Of a stretch of 64,000 bases of DNA, positions 1 through 10,645 are shown piece by piece (the stretch's first letter is position 1; the number at the start of each line of letters is the position of its first letter). Location: assembly GCA_963789955.1 (NCBI GenBank), contig CAWBMV010000036.1, positions 96,001-160,000 on the forward strand, written 5' to 3'. A program made the translations under genes and the position numbers. The notes under the pieces were generated by a model. The model was not told the DNA's origin. It ran no database searches and worked only from the letters and a program-made list of their open reading frames with translations. The stretch is from an uncultured Candidatus Rokubacteria bacterium (lineage in GTDB: Bacteria; Methylomirabilota; Methylomirabilia; Rokubacteriales; CSP1-6).

Positions 1-548
1 GCGGCTGTTCGAGACGCCGTTCGGCTTCAACCTCTGGTTTCTCGGGTTGATGATCGCGCATCATGGCGGCGATCTACTGGGCGCTCGACCGCATGCTGTG
101 CTCGCCGTGGGGCCGCGTGCTGAAGGCGATTCGCGAGGACGAGACCGCCGCGGTCGCGCTCGGCAAGAGCGCGCGGCGCTTCCGGCTCGAGGCGTTCGTC
201 CTCGGCTCGACGCTCATGGGGCTGGCCGGCGCGCTCTACGTCAGCTTCATCGGCTTCGTCAGCCCGTTCGACTTCCTGCCGATCGTGACCTTCCAGGTCT
301 GGGCCATGCTCATCGTCGGCGGCAGCGGCAACAACCGCGGCGCCCTGCTCGGCGCGCTGGTCGTCTGGGCGCATCTGGGCGGTCTCCGGCGTCGCTCGTC
401 ACCAAGCTGGTGCCGCCGAGCCACGCCGCGCAGGGCGCCGCGGTCCAGGTCATCCTGATCGGTGCTGCTCCTGATGCTCGTGCTGCTCTTGCGCCCGCGC
501 GGCTTGATCGGCGAGGCGGCGGTTGTCTCGCGGCACGTGAACGATTAA
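1..548 (+). CDS. Branched-chain amino acid ABC transporter permease (LivM-like), 5' partial, frameshifted
   Basis: Motifs SPWGRVLKAIREDETAAVALGK, MLIVGGSGNNRGALLGA and C-terminal LLRPRGLIGE; stop TAA 546-548. Confidence 0.85.
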
Positions 549-604
549 GCTCCCTCCTGCTGCCGAGCGGTCACACCGAGGAAGCGCTATAGAGGAAGGA
601 CGAC

Positions 605-1878
605 ATGGAACGACGGCGACGGATTACGGTCGTGTTTGCGCTGGCTTTGATGGCGGGTGTGCTGTCCGCGGGCAGCGCGGCGGCGCAGAGCTGCCCGGTG
701 AAGATCGGCGGCATGCTGCCGCTGACCGGCTCGATGGCCCCGATCACCAAGAAGATCGCCCAGTCGGCGGAGCTGGCCATCGAGCACGTCAACGCAGGGC
801 GGCGGCATCAAGGGCTGCCCGGTGCAGTTCATTCTGCGAGACGACCAGGGACAGCCGACGGTGGGCGTGGACGCCGCCAAGTACCTGGTCGAGGTCGAGC
901 GGGTGCCGGCCTTCACCGGGACGATCTCCTCGGGCGTCACGGGCCCGATCATCTGCGTCGGTGACGGCGCCGTCGAAGGTGGTGCAGATCACGTGCTGCT
1001 CGACCGCGAGCCCCTTCACGCTCGACGGACGCAGCGGCGGGTACTTCTTCCGCACCATTCCCGACCAGCAAGACGCAGGCGTTTGCGACCGCCGTCGGAA
1101 ACCGCGCGGCGCGGCATGAAGAAGACGGTCGTCATCTACGTCAACACCGACTTCGGCACGGACATGCTGCGCTTCTACAAGGCCGCGGTCGCCAAGCTCG
1201 GGCGGCGAGGTGATCGCCGAGGTGCCGTACAACGACAACCAGACCGAGCTACCGGGCCGAGGTCACGAAGGCGCTCGCGGCGAAGCCCGAATCGCTGCTG
1301 CTGATCGGATTCCCGAAGGACGGCGTCACCATCGTGCGCGAGTGGCTGTCGCTCGGGCGGCACGAAGACGATCGCGCTCAACAACTCGATGCGCACCATG
1401 GACTTCGTCAACGGCGTGGGCGCGAAGTTCATCGAGGACGTCTTCGGCATGGACAACGCGCAGGTGGCGGGCCCGCACGTGGATGCGTTCAACACGGCGT
1501 TCGAGGAGAAGTTCAAGACCGACACCAAGGGACCGGGCGTGCACACGCAGTACGACGCCCTGATGGTGATGGCGCTGGCGATGAACATCGCCAAGGATCT
1601 GACGCGGCCCGTCGATCAAGGACGCGGTGCGCCGCGTGCACGTCCCGAACGGGACGCCCGTCGGCACGGGCCCGGCCGAGTACAAGAAGGCGCTCGAGCT
1701 CATCAAGGCCGGCAAGCCGATCAAGTACTTCGGCGCGACCGGGCCGATCGAGTTCGACGCCAACGGCGACGTGACCGGGCCGGCGCTCGTGTGGAAGGTC
1801 AAGGACGGCCAGATCGTGACCGACCGCATCATCACCATCGAGGACATGCAGGCCCTGTTCAAGCGCGTCGAGAATTGA
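605..1878 (+). CDS. Branched-chain amino acid ABC substrate-binding protein (LivJ/K-like), several frameshifts
   Basis: Signal peptide, VKIGGMLPLTG, RDDQGQP, C-terminal GATGPIEFDANGDV spread over ORFs 605, 822, 1210, 1389, 1627. Confidence 0.85.
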
Positions 1879-1890
1879 GCCCGCGAACCC

Positions 1891-2334
1891 ATGGTGCCGG
1901 CGCTCTCGCACTGTGTGACCGCCGAGTGCGCCGTGCCGGCGCGCCGCGCGTACGACTTTCTCTCGGACGGTCTCGAGGTGGGCCGATGGGCGCTCGGATC
2001 GTTCGAGGCCCGCAAGGTGGGCCGGAATCTCTTCCGCGGTCGTTCGCTCTTCGACGGCGCGGAAGTGCTCTACCGGCCGGTCGGGGATGCCGCGCGACTG
2101 ATCGTCGACTACCATGTGGGCACGAATGCGCGGACGCTCGCCCCGCGCGTCATGGCGCGCGTGGTTCCGGGTGACGCGACGGGTCGTGGCCGGCGCTCGT
2201 GCCTGGTGACCTTGATCGCCTGGCGTGACGCGTCGATGAGCCAGGCGCGCTGGGAACGTCTGGTCGCATGCCACGAAGTCGAGATCCGGCTGGTGCAGGC
2301 GCTGCTCGCTGGAAGGAGGCGCTCACGACGATGA
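1891..2334 (+). CDS. Hypothetical protein, possibly SRPBCC/START-like
   Basis: 147-aa ORF between operon genes; stop overlaps next start (ATGA). Confidence 0.55.
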   Translation: MVPALSHCVTAECAVPARRAYDFLSDGLEVGRWALGSFEARKVGRNLFRGRSLFDGAEVLYRPVGDAARLIVDYHVGTNARTLAPRVMARVVPGDATGRGRRSCLVTLIAWRDASMSQARWERLVACHEVEIRLVQALLAGRRRSRR

Positions 2335-3568
2335 TCGATCTGGCGCACTGCCGCGCACTCGACCTTCGTGATCCCCTGCGAGGCATGCGGGACCGCTTCG
2401 CTCGGCCGGCCGAGGACACCGTGTATCTCGACGGCAACTCGATCGGCGCGATGCCGGCCGACGCGGCGTCGCGCGTGGAACGCGTGATGCTGGACGGCTG
2501 GCGGGACGCGCGCCGCCGCGGCTGGAACCGCTACGACTGGCTGGAGAAGCCCTGGCGCATGGGCGAAGACCTGGCGCACATCCTCGGCGCCGGCAAGGGC
2601 GACGTGGTGTTCTGCGACAACACCACGATCAACCTCTACAAGATCCTCGGCTACGCCTGGCAGCTCGATCGCTCGCGGCCGGTGATCGTGACCGAGGCGC
2701 ACAACTTCCCGACCGACACGTACGTCGCGGAAGGGCTCACGCGCTTCGCGGGCGGCAACGCGTCGGTCCGCCGCATCGACAAGCCGGACGAGCTCGACGC
2801 CGCGCTCTCCGGCGACGTCGGCGTGCTCTACCTGAGCCACGTCGACTATCGCTCGAGCCGGCGCTGGAACATGGCGGAGGTCAACGAGCTGGCGCGCGCC
2901 CGAGGCGTGCTCACCATGTGGGACTGCTCGCACGCGGCCGGCGCGGTCCCGGTCGACCTGGCGGGCACCGGCGCCGATTTCGCCGTCGGCTGCGGCTACA
3001 AGTATCTCTGCGGCGGTCCGGGCGCCCCGGCGTGGCTCTACGTGCACCCGCGGCATCAAGAGCGCGCGTGGCCCGTGATCGCCGGCTGGATGGGCCACGC
3101 CGACGTCTTCGCGTTCGCGCCGACCTACGAGCCGTTGCGCGGCGTGCGGCGCCACCTGACCGGCACGCCGGGCATCATCGCGAACGAGGCGATGGCCGCG
3201 GCGGTCGACATCTGGCGCGACGTGAAACGCGAGGACCTGGCGTGGAAGCATCGCTCGCTGTCCGAGCTGCACGATCGCCCTGCTCGAGCAGGAATGCGGG
3301 AAGTTCGGCGTCATCGTCACCTCGCCGCGCAAGCTACGACGAGCAGGGGGGCCACGTCGGCTTCAGCCATCCGGGCGCCGGATCGGTCTGCGAAGCGCTC
3401 CTCGAGCACGGCGTGGTGAGCTCGTTCCGAAAGCCGGATGTGGTCCGCTTCGGCATCTCGCCGGTGGCGATCAGCCACGAGGACGTCTGGGTCGCGGTGT
3501 CCCGCCTGCGCCGCGTGCTCGAGACCGAGGTCTGGCGCGAGCCCCGGTTCAAGAAGGTGTCGGTCTGA
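2331..3568 (+). CDS. kynU: Kynureninase-like PLP enzyme, frameshifted near 3270-3330
   Basis: VYLDGNSIG, WDCSHAAGAVP, GCGYKYLCGGPGAP (PLP Lys), GWMGH, FRKPDVVRFG. Confidence 0.85.
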
Positions 3569-5652
3569 TGCGGGCGCGGCTGGCCGCCGACATCGGCGGC
3601 ACGTTCACCGACGTCGTCCTCGAGAGCCCCGCGGGCCGTGACACCGCCAAGGTGCTGACGACGGCGGCGCCGGAAGTCGGCGTGCTCGACGGAATCCGGC
3701 GCGTGCTCGCCGCGGCCGGGCTGCCGCCGTCGGAGGTCTCGGTCTTCGTCCACGGCACGACGCTCGCGACCAACGCGCTCATCGAGCGCAAGGGCGCCCG
3801 GACCGCGTTCGTCACCACCGAGGGGATGCGCGACATCCTCGAGATGGGCTACGAGAAGCGCTTCGAGCAGTACGACGTCTACATGGAGCGGCCGCTGCCG
3901 CTCGTGCCGCGGCCGCTGCGCTTCACGGTGGCCGGGCGGCGCGACGGCCGGGGGCGCGTCCTGCGCGAGCTGGACGAGGCCGGCGGTGCAGGCGCGTCGG
4001 CGAGCGGCTGCGCGCCGAGCGAGTCGGGGCGGTCGCGATCGGATTCATGCACGCCTATGCCTGGCCGGAGCACGAGCAGCGCGCGGCCGAGATCCTGCGC
4101 GCGCAGCTGCCGGCCGACGTCACGGTCTGCCTCTCGAGCGAGGTCTGCCCGGAGATCCGCGAGTACGAGCGGTTCTCGACGACCTGCGCCAACGCCTACG
4201 TGCGGCCGATGATGCAGGGCTATCTGCTGCGGCTGCGTGCCGAGCTGAACGCGCTCGGCATGACGTGCCCGTTGCTCCTCATGATGTCGGGCGGCGGCCT
4301 CACCACGCTCGAGATCGCGGCGCGGTTTCCGGTGCGGCTCGTCGAGTCCGGGCCCGCCGGCGGCGCGCTGCTCTCGTCCTGGATCGCCCGCGAGCGGGCG
4401 CTCGACCGCGTGCTGTCCTTCGACATGGGCGGCACCACCGCGAAGATCTGCCTGATCGACGGCGGCGAGCCCGAACGGGCGCGCTCGTTCGAGGTCGCGC
4501 GCGCCTACCGCAACGTGAAGGGCAGCGGGCTGCCGGTGCGCGTGCCGGTGATCGAGATGGTCGAGATCGGCGCCGGCGGCGGCTCGATCGCGCGCGTCGA
4601 TGCGATGCAGCGCATCACGGTGGGCCCGGACAGCGCCGGCGCCGACCCGGGACCGGCCTCGTACGGGCGCGGCGGCAGCGAGGCCACGGTGACCGACGCC
4701 GACCTGGCGCTCGGCCGCATCGATCCGGCGCGGTTCGCCGACGGCGCGCTTCAGCGCTCGACGTCGCGGCCGCCGCAGCGGCGCCCTCGCGACGCGACGT
4801 CGGCGCGCCGCTCGGGCTCGAGGCGCCGTGGCACGCGGCGGGCGTGTCCGAGATCGTCGAGGAGAACATGGCCAACGCCGCGCGCGTGCACGCGATCGAG
4901 CGCGGCCGCGTCATCGGCCGCTACACGATGATCGCGTTCGGCGGCGGCGCGCCGCTGCACGCGGGGCGGCTCGCGGAAAAGCTCGGCGTCGGCCGCGTCG
5001 TCGTTCCGCGAAGGCGCCAGCGTCGGCTCGGCGATCGGGTTCCTGCGCGCGCCGGTGTCGTTCCAGGTGGTGCGCAGTCATCGCGCCACCCTGTCCGCGT
5101 TCGACGCCGGCGTCGTGAACGGGCTGCTCGAGCAGTGCGCCGCCGCCGCGACCGACGTGGTGCCGCCGCGCGGTGCCCGAGGGCGATCTCGCGATCCGGC
5201 GCGTGGTCGATCTCCGCTACATCGGCCAGGGCCACGAGCTGCAGCTCGCGCTGCCCGACGGCGCGCTCGCAGACCGAGGACGCGCAGCGGCCTGCGCGCG
5301 CAGTTCGAGACGCTCTACGGCTCGATCTACGGCGTCACGATGCCGGACCAGGACGTCGAGTTCGTCACCTGGTCGGTGACGGTCTCGGCGCCGTCCGACG
5401 CGCCGCTGCCGGCCAAGCCGGTGCAGAAGCACGCCGCGCCGCCGCCGCGCTCGCGGCGCGACGTCTACGAGCCGGCGCTCGGCCGCATGGTCGCGTTCGC
5501 CGGTCTACCAGCGCGGCGATCTCGAGCCGGGATACGAGCTGGCCGGGCCGGCGCTGATCGAGGAAGGCCAGACCACGACCGTCGTGCCCGCGAGCTTCAC
5601 GCTCCACGTGGACGGCGCGGGCTATCTCGTCATGGAGAGCCGCGATGAATGA
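3568..5652 (+). CDS. Hydantoinase/oxoprolinase subunit A, frameshifted
   Basis: DIGGTFTD, HGTTLATNALIERKG, ESGPAGG, DMGGTTAK, IGAGGGSIA, LRYIGQGHEL. Confidence 0.9.
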
Positions 5653-7295
5653 GGCGCTCAAGCGCATTCACATGCAGGTGATGTGGAACCGGCTGATCGC
5701 CGTGGTCGAGGAGCAGGCGCAGGCCCTGCTGCGCACGGCCTTCGGCGCGATCACGCGCGAGGCCGGCGACCTCTCGGCGGGCGTCTACGACACCGGCGGG
5801 CGCATGCTCGCGCAGGCGGTCACGGGCACGCCCGGCCACGTCAACACGATGGCCGCCGCGGTGCGGCACTTCCTCGATCGCTACCCGATCGCGACCATGC
5901 GCCCCGGCGACGTCTTCGTCACCAACGATCCGTGGCTCGGCACCGGGCACCTGTTCGACTACGTCATGGTGACGCCGGTGTTCCGCGGCGAGCGGCCGGT
6001 CGGGCTCTTCGCGTCGACGTGCCATACCCCCGACGTCGGCGGCGTGGGCTTCTCCGCCGAGGCGCGCTCGGTCTACGAGGAAGGGACCTGCGTGCCGCAT
6101 ATGCGGCTCCGCGAGCAGGGCGCCATCGACGAGAAGATCTTCGCGATCATCATGGCGAACTCGCGCAACCCGATCGAGGCGCGCGGCGATCTACTGTCGC
6201 TGATCGCCTGCAACGACGTGGGCGCGGCGCGGCTGGCCGACATGATGCGCGAGTTCGATCTCGACTCGATCGACGAGCTGGCGCGGCACATCCTCGACAC
6301 GTCGCGCGAGGCCACGCGCGAGGCGATCCGGCAGCTGCCGCGCGGCCGGTTCAAGACGTCGATGACGCTCGACGGGTACGAAGCGCCGATCGAGCTCCAC
6401 GCGAGCCTCGAGATCGGCGACGGCGAGATCACCGTCGACTACGCCGGGAGCTCGCCGGTCTCGGGACGCGGCATCAACTCGCCGCGGTGCTACACCGAGG
6501 CCTACTCGGTCTTCGGGCTCAAGTGCCTCATCGCGCCGGCGATCCCGAACAACGCGGGCTCGCTCGAGCCCTTCCATGTCCTGGTCGAGGACGGCACGTG
6601 CGTCGCGCCGCTCCGGCCCGCGCCGGTCACCGCGCGCCACGTGATCGGGCAGATGCTGCCGGACGTGATGTTCGGCGCGCTCGCCCAGGCGCTCGACGGG
6701 CGCGTGCCGGCCGAGAGCGCGGGGTCGATCTGGGTGCTGCCGATGGCGGGGATGCGCGCGCCGGGCAAGCCGTTCAACGTGCTCAACGTCGGACTCGGCG
6801 GCACCGGGGCGCGTCCCGGCAAGGACGGGCTCAACACGACGGCGTTTCCGAGCGGCGTCGGCGTCGTGCCGGTGGAGATCACCGAGAACGAGTCGCCGCT
6901 CGTGTTCTGGGTCAAGGAGTACCTGCCGGATTCCGGCGGCGCGGGCGAGTTCCGCGGCGGGCTCGGGCAGCGCATCGAGATCGGCAACAGCGATCCGACG
7001 CCGTTCACCGTGGCCGCGGGCACCTTCGACCGCCTGCGCAATCCAGCGAGCCGGACGGTCCGGGGGGCGCCCCGGACGTCACGGCGCCGCGCGGCTGGCG
7101 TCGGGTACCGTGCTGGCCACCAAGGCCGTGCACACGATTCCGCCGGGCGACCGCATCGTGCTCGAGCTGCCCGGCGGCGGCGGCGTGGGCGATCCCGCGC
7201 AGCGCGCGAAGAGCCGCCTCGACGCCGACGTGGCCGCGGGATTGGTCAGCGCGGCCGGCGCCGCGCGCGACTACGGGCCGGGGCGCGAGCGCTAG
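5645..7295 (+). CDS. Hydantoinase B/oxoprolinase, frameshift near 7050-7100
   Basis: NDPWLGTGHLFD, HTPDVGG, DSGGAGEFRGGLG, LPGGGGVGDP. Confidence 0.9.
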
Positions 7296-7713
7296 CGACT
7301 CGGCCGACGGCGGACGTCGGCCGCCGGTCCGGAGCCTTGAGCGCCGTCACCTCGATCTCGACCTTCGCGTCGTCGACGGCCAGCGGTGAGCACACCGTCG
7401 TGTTCGCGGCGCGGGCGGCGCCGAGGCGCTTCTTGAGCACACCGGACACCGCTTCGACGTCGGCTCGATCCGGCACGAAGGCGCGCACGCGCACCACGTC
7501 GAGCAGGGCCGCGCCGGCATCGCGCAGCGCCCGCTCGATGATGTCGAGCGACATCTCGGCCTGCGCCTGGGCCGTCGGCGGCCACGTGTTCGTGCGAAGG
7601 TCGTAGCCGACCGTCCCGGAGACGAACACCCAGCGGCCGTCGACCACCGCGCGGGAGTATCCGGCGAGCGCTTCCCACGGGGATCCGCTGGAGACGAACT
7701 TTCTCGGGCTCAA
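7246..7713 (-). CDS. RidA/YjgF/UK114 family protein (3' end uncertain)
   Basis: SSGSPWEALAGYSRAVV, VFVSGTVG, KVEIEVTA; TTG start overlaps upstream stop. Confidence 0.85.
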   Translation of the reverse strand: MSPRKFVSSGSPWEALAGYSRAVVDGRWVFVSGTVGYDLRTNTWPPTAQAQAEMSLDIIERALRDAGAALLDVVRVRAFVPDRADVEAVSGVLKKRLGAARAANTTVCSPLAVDDAKVEIEVTALKAPDRRPTSAVGRVASARAPARSRARRRPR

Positions 7714-9179
7714 GGATCGACCTCCGCCTCGGCTTCGATCTCGACTTCGTAGCCGCCGATGAGTCCGGCGATCTCCACCAGCGTGTTGGCCGGCCGCACC
7801 GCGGCGAAGTAACGGCCGTGGACGCGCGCCACTGCTTCCGCGCACTTGGCGTCTCGCACGTAGATCCGCGTGCGCACCACGTCGTCGAGCTCGCCGCCGA
7901 GCGCCTCGATGGCGGCGCCGATCTTGTCGAGGACGTAGACGGTCTGGCCTTCCGCGTCGCCCGGACACACCATGGTGCTCTCGCCGTGGGTCGCCGTCGT
8001 GCCGCTGACCAGGATCCGACGGCCCGCCCGCAGCGCGCGCGCGTAGCCGGCGATCGGCTCCCAGCGGCTGCCGGAGTCGACCGCCGTGCGCGCGGGGCGC
8101 GCGCGGCCCGCTTTCGCGTGGAAGACACGCGGAAGGCTCGCCAGGTGGTGACTCAGATCGCCGGAGGCGGTGAGGAACGGCGGCTTTCGGTATTCGTCAC
8201 CGCAATCGCCGGGAATCTCGCGCAGCTGCGATTGCGCCTCGGCGAGCCGCGCCGTGTCCGCCTCGTCGAGGGCGAAGCCGAACACCGCCAGGTTGTCGCC
8301 GCGATGCTCGCGCTCGCCGAGCCGCGCGCCGATGATCACGGCGCCGACGGCCTCCTGCTCCAGCACCCAGCGCGTGGCGACGTTGGCGACCGAGACGCCG
8401 TGCTTGAGCGCGATGGTCCCGGCCGCCGCGAGGACGCGCTGCAGAGCGGCCCAGCCGCCGACCGTATCGACGAACCGCTTGTACTTCGACTTGCTCCAGT
8501 CGGGAATGGTCGTCGGCTCGGGCTGACCGACCCAGCGATCGCTGAGAAAGCCCCCGCCGAGCACGCCGTAGGCCAGGAGCTTCACGCCGCTCTCCCGGCA
8601 GACGTCGGTCATGCGCCCCGCCGGCCGGCGGTCGAGCAGCGAGAACGACACCTGGTTCGTGACGATCGGGATGCCGTGCTTGACGAGCAGGCGGAGGTGA
8701 TCGGTGTCGAAGTTGGTCACGCCGAGATGACGGACGAGCCCTTCGCGGCGCAGTCGATCGAGCTCGAGCATCGCGTCGAGATATCCGGGATGCCGGTACT
8801 GCCACCAGTGAAACTGCAGGAGGTCGACGCGCGGAACGCCGAGACGCTCGAGGCGCTGCCGCACGCCGGCGCGAACGACCTCCGGGGTCATCGGCCCGGG
8901 AGGCGGGCACCACTTGGTGAAGGCGGTGGCGCGGCCGTGACCGGCGCGCGCGAGATAGCGGCCGACGAGGAGCTCGGCGCTGCCGTAGTGGTCGGCCATG
9001 TCGAACGCGTCGAACCCCGCGTCGGCATACGCGCCGAGGGCGAGAGCGGCGGCATCGGGATCGAGCGGCGTGCCGTCGCGCTCCATGTCGGCGACCTGCC
9101 ACAGTCCGGTGAGCACGCGCGGCACCTCGAGCCCGGGCCCGAGCTCGATGCGCGGAGGGCGAAGTGGTCGGTCGGCCAT
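7710..9179 (-). CDS. Aldo/keto reductase fused to a C-terminal RidA domain
   Basis: FDMADHYGSAE, DLLQFHWW, GVTNFD; then SGSRWEPIAGYARA, VSGTTA, EVEIEAEA. Confidence 0.9.
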   Translation of the reverse strand: MADRPLRPPRIELGPGLEVPRVLTGLWQVADMERDGTPLDPDAAALALGAYADAGFDAFDMADHYGSAELLVGRYLARAGHGRATAFTKWCPPPGPMTPEVVRAGVRQRLERLGVPRVDLLQFHWWQYRHPGYLDAMLELDRLRREGLVRHLGVTNFDTDHLRLLVKHGIPIVTNQVSFSLLDRRPAGRMTDVCRESGVKLLAYGVLGGGFLSDRWVGQPEPTTIPDWSKSKYKRFVDTVGGWAALQRVLAAAGTIALKHGVSVANVATRWVLEQEAVGAVIIGARLGEREHRGDNLAVFGFALDEADTARLAEAQSQLREIPGDCGDEYRKPPFLTASGDLSHHLASLPRVFHAKAGRARPARTAVDSGSRWEPIAGYARALRAGRRILVSGTTATHGESTMVCPGDAEGQTVYVLDKIGAAIEALGGELDDVVRTRIYVRDAKCAEAVARVHGRYFAAVRPANTLVEIAGLIGGYEVEIEAEAEVDP

Positions 9180-9211
9180 GGTGCCGGACAGAGTAACATC
9201 GGGCGACAGAC

Positions 9212-10301
9212 ATGGCTCCCGAAGTCGTGACGCTCGCGCCGGGATTCACCGTCTCGCGAATCGCCAAAGGCAACTGGCAGCTCGCGGCGCGGCACGGCGC
9301 GCCCTACGCCGGCGAGGCGGCGATCGACGACATGCGCCGCTTCGTCGAAGCGGGGATCACGCTCTTCGATTGCGCCGACCACTACGTGGGCGTGGAGCAG
9401 CTGATCGGCGAATTTCGCCGCCGCCACCCCGAGCATGCGCGCCGACTGCGCGTGTCGACCAAGCTCGTTCCGGATCTCGAGTCGCTGCCACGCCTGAGGC
9501 GTCGCGACGTCGAGAGCATCGTCGACACGTCGCTCGCGCGGCTGGGCCAGGAGCGTCTGGACCTCGTGCAGTTCCACTGGTGGGACTACACGGTGCCGGG
9601 CTACGTGGAGGCGATGCACTGGCTCGACGACCTGAGATCGGCCGGCAAAGTCGAGCTCATCGGCACGACCAACTTCGACACGGCGAGGCTCTCGGAGATC
9701 GTCGCGAGCGGCGTGTCCATCGCGACGAACCAGCTCCAGTATTCGGTGCTCGATCACCGGCCCGAGAACGGCCTGGCCGCGTTCTGCGCCGCCCACGGCA
9801 TCAAGCTTCTCTGCTACGGAACGCTCGCAGGTGGCTTCATCGGCGAGCGTTGGCTCGGAGCGCCCGAGCCCACGCCGCCGTTCGCCAACCGCTCGCTCGT
9901 CAAGTATCGGCTGATCATCGAGGACTTCGGCGGCTGGCGTCGATTCCAGGAGCTGCTGTCCGCGCTCGAGGCGATCGCGAGGCGGCACGGTGTCAGCCTC
10001 GCCAGGGTCGCGATCCGCTACGTGCTCGACAAGCCCGGGGTCGCGGTCGCGCTCGTCGGCGCGCGCAACGCCGCGCATCTCGACGAGCTGCTGCAGGACG
10101 TGAGACTCGACGAGGGCGATCGGGATGCGATCGCGCGTGTCGTCTCGCTGGCGACCGGACCGCGCGGCGACTGCTACGAGCTGGAGCGGGTCGAGCGACG
10201 GCCCGCACAGCGCGATCATGTGGAAGAACCAGAACGCCGGCGGCGCGCCGGTCGACAGCCCGTATGCCGACGCACCGCCTGCCGCGGAAAGGAAGCGCTG
10301 A
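9212..10301 (+). CDS. Aldo/keto reductase, frameshift near 10195
   Basis: KGNWQL, FDCADHY, DLVQFHWW, GTTNFD, GDCYELER; shifted-frame tail ends TGA 10299-10301 overlapping next ATG. Confidence 0.85.
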
Positions 10302-10645
10302 TGAGCCAGACCGGCACCGATGAGTTCGAGCTCTACGATCTGCGGGTGGAAGTGATCGAGACCGGGAAGCCGTTCGTCATGCACGCGAAGCCGGGCGACA
10401 CCTTCGACGTGATCGGCGGCCGCATCGTCTTTCCACCCGGGCGCGAGCCGTCGTTCTCGCTCTACGCGATGCTGGCGGTGCTGCCGTTCATCCCGGCCAA
10501 GCAGCGCCCGACGCATCCCAACGACTGGATGACGACCGACACGGAGATCGCGAGCCCCGATCCGCACTGCGGCGCTCGCCTCCGCATCACGCGACTCGGT
10601 AAGCGCCAGCTTCGCCACGCCGACTACAGCGCCGTGCCGCTCTAG
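10301..10645 (+). CDS. TIGR04076-like family protein
   Basis: FELYDLRVEV, KPGDTF, PAKQRPTHPNDWMTTD, PDP; RBS GGAAAGGA. Confidence 0.75.
   Translation: MSQTGTDEFELYDLRVEVIETGKPFVMHAKPGDTFDVIGGRIVFPPGREPSFSLYAMLAVLPFIPAKQRPTHPNDWMTTDTEIASPDPHCGARLRITRLGKRQLRHADYSAVPL

Noticed and set aside
9212..10645. Apparent 477-aa AKR-TIGR04076 fusion in the ORF track
   Set aside because: A frameshift near 10195 joins them; the shifted frame ends in TGA overlapping the second gene's ATG, which has its own RBS
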